From Klebsiella phage KPP2018: a stretch of 64,000 bases of DNA. A program made the translations under genes and the position numbers. The DNA lies in the sequence record NC_110934.1; one strand, given 5' to 3'. Positions 9,820 to 17,479 of this stretch are shown one piece after another. How positions within the stretch are numbered: the stretch's first letter is position 1; each line of letters starts with the position of its first letter. Under the pieces are notes generated by a model, which saw only the letters and a program-made list of their open reading frames with translations, had not been told where the DNA came from and did no database searches.

Positions 9820-11484
9820 TTATGCGAAAAATTTGCCGTTTTTAAAGTCAATCAAAGTGCGCTGGCCGTTTGCATATGTAATTAAATGCGTTTGCGTCCA
9901 GCTTGACGCGCCAACGTTGTAGCCCATATCGAGGGAACCAGCGACGCCAGCGGTATAAACGCCGCCGTATATGCTGGCGGTGTGAGTGTGCCCCGTGTTT
10001 AACTTGCCCAATTTCTTAAATTGCTTCGGATTGCCACGGCTGCCGTTAATGCCGTTGTGACCGTGTACGCCGCACTCAATGCCTGCAATCTTGAAAGATT
10101 GGTCAGTGGTCAGGAATATGGCGTTAAACTCGCAACCTGCAACCGTACGCAGCGCATAATCTAGCACGTTGAAAGTATCGTCATGATCACCGATTGCCGC
10201 GTAAATTGCAGCATTCAGGCGGTGATATAGTTCCGCGTTGGCGGGGTCGTCTTTGATGTTAGCATTACGATCATCAAGCCAACGGGATAGCGCCAAATCG
10301 TGATTCGATTCGACAATGATCGTTTGACTAAAATCGCGCTCCATTGACTCCAGCACGCGCCCGGTATCGATGAGATCATCCAGAACTTTATCACGTCCGG
10401 CGGCATACTGTTTTGCTAGGAATACACCGGATGCACGGTTATGATGATTGCGCGATGTAAAATCGTGAACGTCATGGATAAACTGATATTTTGGTTTAAG
10501 AATATCAAGCAAGCTATTTTCGCCAGCCCATGACGCAGCGGCGCAATCATCATCCAATTTTTCCGCATGAATATCGCCATACTGCAAGCCTAAAACATGC
10601 CCCGACGTTTCAAAGCATCCGGCGGGGGTCGCGCAAATATTCAAATCGTAAAACATGCCGCTTTCATCCATCGTTTCAAGCTGGCGAACAAAAAATTCAC
10701 CGTCTTCGTCGAACTCGACAATAAGCGCACCGTAATTATGCAGCGCTTCGGCTTTTTGCCCTGCTTTTTGCTGAATGTAGTTTTTGAGTGTTGCCGTTCC
10801 GGTTGAATACATGCGGCGCACTACTTCACCTTTGAGAGCTGGGACACTTTCGGCGGTAATTTTAGCGTGACCAATTGCCAGACCTTCAATATTTAAAGCC
10901 GTTGCAGTTTCTGCGAATCCAGAAAGCGGATAATCTGCCGTTGGCAAAACATTAATTTCAGCCATGAAAGCAAAACGGCGATTATTTAAAAACACGTTTT
11001 TGCTGCAAATATATTTATCAAACGCGGAATCATATTTTACACCGTCAGCGCCTTCACCATTCTGGAAGCCGTTTTTATTATAAATATACTTAGAAACAAG
11101 CAAATCAGCGCCGATAAATTTAGCATATTGTTCAAGCGAGGCTAAAAAGTTTTTATGCGGGAAAGTATTATTCTGAATCGATGTAATAATAAAGCGTTTA
11201 CCTTGTTTGACTTCCCACTGTTCCACGGTACTAGAAACAATCCCAGCCGCTTCGGGGCGCTCGTCGTTTTTAATAGCTTTTACAGCTTTCGCCGTTTTTG
11301 GTTTCGCTGGTTTATTTGCTTCCAACCAATCGCAAATTGCTGTCGAGTGTTTTGCAGTATCGTAAACCGCTTTCGAAATATCGTCGCATACTTCCAGTTT
11401 AGTGGCGCGCAGACGTTTACCGTAGAAATTAAAGTCAGCGGCTAGTTTCATGATAGCGGTTTGTTTTTCTGCGGAAATAATCAT
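9820..11484 (-). CDS. A1: Pre-early protein A1-like (metallophosphatase domain), about 554 aa
   Basis: C-terminal calcineurin-like motifs GDHDD and GHNG/GHTH. Size matches T5 A1 (556 aa). Start reassigned to the ATG at 11484 (MIISAEKQ) because it has a GGAG RBS, unlike the track start at 11574. Confidence 0.6.
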   Translation of the reverse strand: MIISAEKQTAIMKLAADFNFYGKRLRATKLEVCDDISKAVYDTAKHSTAICDWLEANKPAKPKTAKAVKAIKNDERPEAAGIVSSTVEQWEVKQGKRFIITSIQNNTFPHKNFLASLEQYAKFIGADLLVSKYIYNKNGFQNGEGADGVKYDSAFDKYICSKNVFLNNRRFAFMAEINVLPTADYPLSGFAETATALNIEGLAIGHAKITAESVPALKGEVVRRMYSTGTATLKNYIQQKAGQKAEALHNYGALIVEFDEDGEFFVRQLETMDESGMFYDLNICATPAGCFETSGHVLGLQYGDIHAEKLDDDCAAASWAGENSLLDILKPKYQFIHDVHDFTSRNHHNRASGVFLAKQYAAGRDKVLDDLIDTGRVLESMERDFSQTIIVESNHDLALSRWLDDRNANIKDDPANAELYHRLNAAIYAAIGDHDDTFNVLDYALRTVAGCEFNAIFLTTDQSFKIAGIECGVHGHNGINGSRGNPKQFKKLGKLNTGHTHTASIYGGVYTAGVAGSLDMGYNVGASSWTQTHLITYANGQRTLIDFKNGKFFA

Positions 11485-11573
11485 AATAATAAACTCCATT
11501 AAAGGGATAAGGTTAATAACGGCAATATTGCCAAATATAACGCCTCGAATAATAGGCGTTATAATTTGCAACA

Positions 11574-11819
11574 TTAATTTAAAGGCATAAGGCTAGAACT
11601 AACACCACAAACAACGGCGGCAATAAAACAAATCAGACCTAAACGCTTCGCCAATCTAGATTTACGTTTAAAATAATACGAATCTAAATCATTTTGAAAA
11701 TATGCGAACAATAACGAGGCCGCCATAATAAATAGTCCTAGAATCAATGATTCAGTAGGGTAAAAGATCATTTTAAAAACTCCAGTTAAAGGGAAATTAT
11801 AGTGGGGAATAATCCCCAC
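11574..11819 (-). CDS. Small membrane protein (81 aa)
   Basis: Two predicted transmembrane helices. Confidence 0.45.
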   Translation of the reverse strand: MGIIPHYNFPLTGVFKMIFYPTESLILGLFIMAASLLFAYFQNDLDSYYFKRKSRLAKRLGLICFIAAVVCGVSSSLMPLN

Positions 11820-11828
11820 TATTTAAAT

Positions 11829-12062
11829 TTATTCACCTGCGGCCTGTTTTACTTCATCGGCAACGCCTAACAGCTGCGCCACGGCGTCCAGCGTTTCCAG
11901 TTTCGCGCTTTCAAGGCTTGCCAGATCATCAGCGTCTTTGATAATGCCGGAATCAATAGCGTGTTTTGCAATTACGCGCACATAGTGAGCTTTACGGATT
12001 GAGCTACCGCCGCCAACTTTGCGCGGCTTATCGCTCTTCTGATAGGCTTTTGCGCTGGTCAA
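11829..12062 (-). CDS. Hypothetical protein (77 aa, TTG start)
   Basis: Coupled to the upstream ORF (overlap at 12059-12062). Confidence 0.4.
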   Translation of the reverse strand: MTSAKAYQKSDKPRKVGGGSSIRKAHYVRVIAKHAIDSGIIKDADDLASLESAKLETLDAVAQLLGVADEVKQAAGE

Positions 12063-12235
12063 TTTTGAGCGAACGGATACGGGGAGGCCGCACCAACTGC
12101 TTTCGCAATCTCTTTTAAACCGTCGCTATTTGCAAAATCTAAACCGTTTTCATTGATTAACTGCTGGTACATGGTAACAGCTTTCTGGGTGTTTTCTTCA
12201 TTCCAGGTGAATTTTGCGGTTTTTGCGTTAGTCAT
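12059..12235 (-). CDS. Hypothetical protein (58 aa)
   Basis: ATG with upstream purine-rich RBS. Below the track length cut-off. Confidence 0.4.
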   Translation of the reverse strand: MTNAKTAKFTWNEENTQKAVTMYQQLINENGLDFANSDGLKEIAKAVGAASPYPFAQN

Positions 12236-12332
12236 GATATAAACTCCAATTAATTTAATTTAAGGGATTAGATTAACTAATGTTAATCGTTATATTCCCC
12301 ATATTTCAGGGGAATATAAAGTTAACACTAAT

Positions 12333-12584
12333 TTATAATACAGCTTCCCATTTTTCGTTGCGTTGAACAACCTTTACAACGTCGCCGGATTTAACGCGAA
12401 CGTTATAAATCGGCTTGCCGTTGTTACTGCGTTCTGTTTCAGCGTATACCGCATCGATTGTATCGAACGGCATAAGCGCCGCGCCTTTAATACGTTCGGC
12501 TTTTCCGGTTAACTCATCCGTTTTAGTAACGAAAGGAATAAAAACGGATTGACCAATTTTCGGCGCATTAGTAACGTTTTTCAT
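12333..12584 (-). CDS. Hypothetical protein (83 aa)
   Basis: ORF with RBS. Confidence 0.45.
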   Translation of the reverse strand: MKNVTNAPKIGQSVFIPFVTKTDELTGKAERIKGAALMPFDTIDAVYAETERSNNGKPIYNVRVKSGDVVKVVQRNEKWEAVL

Positions 12585-12813
12585 GGTATAAACTCCAGTT
12601 TATTCAGTGGATTGTTTCGCATTACCTGCTAAAAAGTATCAGGTAATAAGAAAAAATCCGCTCGCCATTATAAAATCAATTTAAAGAACTCCACGAAGGC
12701 CGCTATATCCCGTTAGGGGGCGGGGCACATTATGGTAAGTGCCGACCGTCAAATTGTATCAAGTTATCGCTCTTGTCGAACTGGGTACATCTTAAAGCCT
12801 ATCGGCTGGGGTG

Positions 12814-13014
12814 TCAAACAGTTTTTTGCGATTTTTTATAATTTTCCTTCAGGTCAATCATAATATTTCGCCAGACCATTTCCAGACCTTGCTGGCGGCC
12901 TTTCTTGTATTGCTTAAATCGGTATTTTACCGATCTTTGCGCTACTGTCAACAAATTTTTTGTTCTGCTGTCCAGTGCCTTGCTAGGTTTACCAGTGATT
13001 AAAAGCGTTTGCAT
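12814..13014 (-). CDS. Small basic protein (66 aa), putative DNA binder
   Basis: Lys/Arg/Gln-rich. Coupled by TAATG to the upstream 52-aa ORF. Lies inside an 18-bp inverted-repeat-flanked cassette. Confidence 0.45.
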   Translation of the reverse strand: MQTLLITGKPSKALDSRTKNLLTVAQRSVKYRFKQYKKGRQQGLEMVWRNIMIDLKENYKKSQKTV

Positions 13015-13172
13015 TATTTGAGATCCTCCAAAGCGTATAAACCTTTGCCATCATTGCAGATTATTACTGCTTCTGAATGATTGGCATAGTATTCGTTTGC
13101 ATTCTTTACCCATTGCTCGATCTTTTCGATCGTGTCGTGGGTAGCTGGATGATCGTTATATATTGTTGTCAT
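13014..13172 (-). CDS. Hypothetical protein (52 aa)
   Basis: ATG at 13172 with RBS. Upstream partner of the 66-aa gene. Confidence 0.4.
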   Translation of the reverse strand: MTTIYNDHPATHDTIEKIEQWVKNANEYYANHSEAVIICNDGKGLYALEDLK

Positions 13173-13273
13173 ATCGTCGATTCCTTATAATGTAATAAGT
13201 TTACCGCCGATAGGCTTTAAGATATACCCAATTTTTAAAGAGCGCGGCGGTAAACTTCCCGCCGTGTAGTTCG

Positions 13274-13459
13274 TCATTGCCGCCCTACGAGATAAATAAT
13301 AACAAACAACGAAAAAGGCGCAACCTTATTTTTGTAAAGAAATGTAAAGACAAACGCCACCGGACACCGTGCGGCGACCTGGGCGCAGCGCGTTAAAATT
13401 AAAAGAAACGGGCGCGCGAATACCACAAAACATAGCAGATAAGCAAGTAATTTTTTCAT
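13274..13459 (-). CDS. Small hydrophobic protein (61 aa)
   Basis: ORF only. Confidence 0.3.
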   Translation of the reverse strand: MKKLLAYLLCFVVFARPFLLILTRCAQVAARCPVAFVFTFLYKNKVAPFSLFVIIYLVGRQ

Positions 13460-13599
13460 TTATATTTGCTTTGCCCTACTTGACAAAATCTAAAAAGCTC
13501 ATGGCAGCGATAAACGGCTTATCCCCTTATGATGGGATGGCTAAAAACTTTATTGCGTTCTAGGGCGTTTTAGGCGCATTCTAGCCTTGTTGATAACTT

Positions 13600-14340
13600 A
13601 TCCCCAGAAGCAAAAATGAAATTTTCCTAGTTATCCACTTGACTTTTATTTTCCAGTGGATAACTACTTATTTTATAAAATAAATTAATTGACTTTTATT
13701 TGTTAGTATGCATCGGAAAGATAGCAGACTATTAATCACTAGGATGATGGTCATGCTGGTGGATTGTAACGGCCTGAATTATTAGCAGACTATTAATCAC
13801 AGAAAAACTCATTAGCCAACTAACTATTTCATGATATATAATATACTTATAAATTAATGAGAAATAATAACTATAAGAAATCATCACCAGTATAATAACA
13901 ACTATAAGAAATCATCACCACTATAATAATAACTATAAGAAACTATCGGCCTAAGTGAGAACCACTATCATTTAAGTTATCCACAACGTTATCCACAGCA
14001 CAAAATAATTTGACACGATAGGCGGCGATATGAGGGCTTTTACACAGATTTATCCACAGGTTATCCTACTGTATAAATATACAGGGTAAAAAGGCAGTGT
14101 TAACAACTGCAATCAATTTTAAGCGGCCTGAAACGCTTTCTAACGAGCTAAACGATGCGGGGCAATATTAAAGTAAAGACCCAACACGTCGCCCTGGTGG
14201 CTTCATCGTGTTTTGCTCTTTATTACACCGCTGCGCGGTTATCATAAAAATAGGCGTTAGGCAAGAAAAATAAAAAAGTAAAATAATCTTTGCCTATGCT
14301 AGAAAATTACCTTTATCATTCACTCACCGATTAACGAGGG
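13600..14340. repeat. Non-coding repeat and DnaA-box region, analogous to the T5 injection-stop / first-step-transfer boundary
   Basis: Three TTATCCACA DnaA boxes at 13987-13995, 13999-14007 and 14050-14058. A CTGT-N8-ACAG LexA-type palindrome at 14069-14084. Three copies of AACTATAAGAAATCATCACCA at about 31-bp period (13869-13950). Two copies of TAGCAGACTATTAATCAC. An inverted TTATCCACT...AGTGGATAA pair at 13631-13663. Confidence 0.6.
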
Positions 14341-14350
14341 AGGCCAACAA

Positions 14351-15328
14351 ATGCGGCTATATAAACCAGATAACGCAACCGTCTTAAAAGGTGCGCTGCG
14401 TAACCTGCTGGACGGTAGCAGAACAACCAGCATTAAGCACTTTGTTAACAAGGCCGAAGATATTCACCAAAATTTTTTTGATGATTTCGACGCCTATGAT
14501 ATGAGTAGTTTTTTGCAACTATATAAGCAAGGGGCAACCATTGTATTATATAATCGGGATAATCACCTGCTTACTAGTAGGGGTCCGGATACCGATTTCA
14601 TAATCGTAAAAGGTAGTATAGTAAAAGCCTATGATACTGGGGCGGGCTTAGAAGTTTTTTCAATAGAAAACTATGAAGCCAACCCCAATGATCTTTATGA
14701 TGTAGAAAATTTTCTCGATTCATTTTGGCGTTATTTATCAGTTGGCTGGAATCGGTCGGATTCTGATGGGTATCGTTTTGCGGCTGTAATGGCGTTTGAT
14801 GATGATGGCAATTTTTTGCTACCGTCGGAAATATACCCCTACGTATATGATGGGGATATAGAAAGCGCGGGCTTTTCTTTCTGGAAGGAGAAAGATCAGC
14901 CCATTGACAACACGGAAAAACATACTGTAAATTCTAGCACTCAAACTACTGAAAACAAAGGAAAAAATGCCATGACCAAGATCGCTAATATCGTTGCCGC
15001 CAATAAGTCTGCCGTTGTAAATGCTGCAAAATTGGAAGCGGGTAAAATTGCACTGACTCAAATTACGAAAGTAGTGGCTAAAAAAGCACCGTTCATGATC
15101 AAAGGCTATATTGATACGCCGATTGGTCGGGTAGTGATCGCTAACCTGCTAAGTGTAGCGGTTGACCAGTACGCCCCGAGTAACCAGAAAGCGAAAGCGG
15201 TAGCAAGCGCGGCAATGGAAGCGGCAATGTTAGAAATGGTGCAAAGTTTTAACATCGCTGAGATGATCGATGAAATGGTAAAAGGTATCGATATTTCTAC
15301 TTTTACCAATAACACCGAAAACGAGTAA
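14351..15328 (+). CDS. Hypothetical protein (325 aa)
   Basis: RBS GAGGGAGG. First gene of the plus-strand island. Confidence 0.6.
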   Translation: MRLYKPDNATVLKGALRNLLDGSRTTSIKHFVNKAEDIHQNFFDDFDAYDMSSFLQLYKQGATIVLYNRDNHLLTSRGPDTDFIIVKGSIVKAYDTGAGLEVFSIENYEANPNDLYDVENFLDSFWRYLSVGWNRSDSDGYRFAAVMAFDDDGNFLLPSEIYPYVYDGDIESAGFSFWKEKDQPIDNTEKHTVNSSTQTTENKGKNAMTKIANIVAANKSAVVNAAKLEAGKIALTQITKVVAKKAPFMIKGYIDTPIGRVVIANLLSVAVDQYAPSNQKAKAVASAAMEAAMLEMVQSFNIAEMIDEMVKGIDISTFTNNTENE

Positions 15329-15393
15329 TAATAACTAGCGGGGATTGTTACCCCGCTTTACTATTCCCTTGATAATTAATAGGAGGCTAATTA

Positions 15394-15888
15394 ATGGCTG
15401 AAGAAAAATATGGCTTCTCACTGGGAGAAGTGAGCACGGCAAAACATGATATGATCATTTTAGTCGATTGTCATACTGGCTATTGCGGGGAAGGGAATAC
15501 CGAGGAATATTTTGTTCCTGCGGGTACGGATCTGGACGCTCTCGCTCATGAAATGGCTATTGATAATGCTTCTCGTTTCGGTAGCGATGGCTATGAAGAC
15601 GAGGAAACTGGCGAATGGTATGAAAATGAAAACGTATATGCAAGCCTTTATCATTATCAATTAAGTAAATCCGGCACATATGTAAACGGCGGTGATCCTA
15701 TTAATTCCGTCATGAAATTAATTATTAAACACGGTGGCGTCGAGATAATTGATAACAAAGCGGTAATATATGCAAACCGATTAAAACAGCTTGTTTATAT
15801 CCCTGATAGTACCCGATGGGATGAATACGCCGTTTTGCATGACGAATTGAAACGATGTTTCAATGTTGAATCCTTACAAGTAGTTTAA
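15394..15888 (+). CDS. Hypothetical acidic protein (164 aa)
   Basis: RBS AGGAGG. Confidence 0.6.
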   Translation: MAEEKYGFSLGEVSTAKHDMIILVDCHTGYCGEGNTEEYFVPAGTDLDALAHEMAIDNASRFGSDGYEDEETGEWYENENVYASLYHYQLSKSGTYVNGGDPINSVMKLIIKHGGVEIIDNKAVIYANRLKQLVYIPDSTRWDEYAVLHDELKRCFNVESLQVV

Positions 15889-15994
15889 TGTAAAGTTTTG
15901 TAAAGGTCGCCTTTTATGGTGGCCTTTTTTGCTATAATGCCTTTACACCGTTTGAGGACGGTTGAAAATTTTCCCAAAAATTTGGAGGCTTAAA

Positions 15995-16225
15995 ATGGTT
16001 GCATATTCTTCTTCTGACGCTCTTTTCACTGGAAAAGGCTGGGTATCTAATCGCTGGATTATTCAAGAAATGGTGCAAGAATACGGCATTGCTAAAACTT
16101 ACACTACCATTCAGGCGCTTTATGATAATGATCAAATCGATCAGCAAACGGCGGGCTTTTTGCTGGACACGCTGAAAGCGGAACACTGCACTAAAAAGCA
16201 AGCGGCAAAAATTATTTTAATGTAA
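15995..16225 (+). CDS. Hypothetical protein (76 aa); its 3' third is inside the duplicated block
   Basis: RBS GGAGG before the ATG at 15995. Its C-terminal 31 codons recur as an orphan fragment at 45594-45699. Confidence 0.5.
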   Translation: MVAYSSSDALFTGKGWVSNRWIIQEMVQEYGIAKTYTTIQALYDNDQIDQQTAGFLLDTLKAEHCTKKQAAKIILM

Positions 16226-16274
16226 TTAATAAAGGGGCGAAAGTAACGCCCCACTAACTAGGGGAGTATTACAA

Positions 16275-16424
16275 ATGATTATTTTTCGAGCTATTCTGGC
16301 GGGTATCTTGGGCGCTATTTTATCTTTGTTTGCAATAGCTTTCGATGTTCACGCGGTTATTATCGGCGCGGGTATCGCTGCATTTTCTTATCTGCTGGGC
16401 TGCATGACTAGTAAAGGAGAATAA
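16275..16424 (+). CDS. Small membrane protein (49 aa)
   Basis: Two transmembrane segments with an RBS. Starts a translationally coupled chain. Confidence 0.45.
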   Translation: MIIFRAILAGILGAILSLFAIAFDVHAVIIGAGIAAFSYLLGCMTSKGE

Positions 16425-16426
16425 AA

Positions 16427-16639
16427 ATGATCCGCAACGTTTCTCTTGCACGTTCGAAAGGCTTTAAGCTGGTGGATGCTAACACGTTCGAGCGGGAAGA
16501 TTGTAAAATCGAATATGTAGCACGTAACAAAAATGCCTTTCGTGTTACTGAGAAAAAATTTGATAAGCGCGGCAACGTGATCGCTGAAACGGTTAAGCAC
16601 TTTGCCACCTTTTACGCTGCGTTTCGTGGGGTACTATGA
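16427..16639 (+). CDS. Hypothetical protein (70 aa)
   Basis: RBS AAGGAGA. Confidence 0.5.
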   Translation: MIRNVSLARSKGFKLVDANTFEREDCKIEYVARNKNAFRVTEKKFDKRGNVIAETVKHFATFYAAFRGVL

Positions 16640-16776
16640 AAAGCGTTATCGTTATTGCCCTTGCAATGGTTGGCGGTTTTACCGCCACCTTATTCAAAAA
16701 TGACCCCATTTCATTGGGGATCTTTATGTTATTATCTGGCTATCTAATTGGGAGGTTGTCAAATGGTTATTTATGA
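16636..16776 (+). CDS. Small membrane protein (46 aa)
   Basis: ATGA overlap with the previous ORF and one transmembrane helix. Confidence 0.4.
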   Translation: MKSVIVIALAMVGGFTATLFKNDPISLGIFMLLSGYLIGRLSNGYL

Positions 16777-17107
16777 GGGCAATCGTTTTGTTGCTAATTG
16801 CCGTCCTGCATTATTAGCAAACTACTTAAATCAGCTTTCCCCAGCTTATAAGGGTGTTATTAATATTTATGAGGGCAAGGCGCATTATAAAATCAATGCG
16901 GTCGTTGCCCGTGAACTAGCATTTCAATTTTTGACCTTTGCATCTTGTGATATTCAGGTCATGGGGGAAGCATTAATTGCAGAAAATGAAGATGATTTTA
17001 TTAATATTTTCCGCAAGATATGCACCGAGCGGCTGATAATGAAAGGCGCGTATATTCAATCCACGGCTGATAGTATTGAAACAGCGTTTCGAAAGGTGGC
17101 GCAATGA
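16763..17107 (+). CDS. Hypothetical protein (114 aa)
   Basis: RBS GGGAGG before the ATG at 16763. The track start at 16748 has no RBS. Confidence 0.55.
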   Translation: MVIYEGNRFVANCRPALLANYLNQLSPAYKGVINIYEGKAHYKINAVVARELAFQFLTFASCDIQVMGEALIAENEDDFINIFRKICTERLIMKGAYIQSTADSIETAFRKVAQ

Positions 17108-17262
17108 AAAAGTTTTTAATAGCTGGCATGTTTCCGTTGTTGCCTTATGTAATTTGCTGGGCTTTATACGCTCATGGCGCTAGTGTTCCCGCTGTGGCTT
17201 CATTTGGTGTATCGGCGGGCTTTCTAGCTGGACTATTAGCAAGCGTATACTTACGCAAATAA
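17104..17262 (+). CDS. Small membrane protein (52 aa)
   Basis: ATGA overlap with the previous ORF and two transmembrane segments. Confidence 0.4.
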   Translation: MKKFLIAGMFPLLPYVICWALYAHGASVPAVASFGVSAGFLAGLLASVYLRK

Positions 17263-17281
17263 TTAATAATGGGGCGTTATT

Positions 17282-17476
17282 ATGAGCAATAAAATTGTTG
17301 TAACCAAAATCAGTACAATGGTTGATGTTTTTTACGTGCCCGATACGCCGGAAAACCGACAAGCGGTCGAGCGTGGAGAATATGATAAAGTGATTTATGA
17401 TCACGATGGTTATTATCAGCATTTAGTGGATTCCTACGGGGAGGAGGAGAAGATCACGCATCGACTACCAGACTAA
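17282..17476 (+). CDS. Hypothetical protein (64 aa)
   Basis: ORF. Confidence 0.45.
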   Translation: MSNKIVVTKISTMVDVFYVPDTPENRQAVERGEYDKVIYDHDGYYQHLVDSYGEEEKITHRLPD

Positions 17477-17479
17477 TAA

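Noticed and set aside
10215-11445. Several plus-strand and nested ORFs inside the A1-like gene
   Set aside because: Nested or antisense artefacts of a 554-aa gene with recognisable phosphatase motifs.
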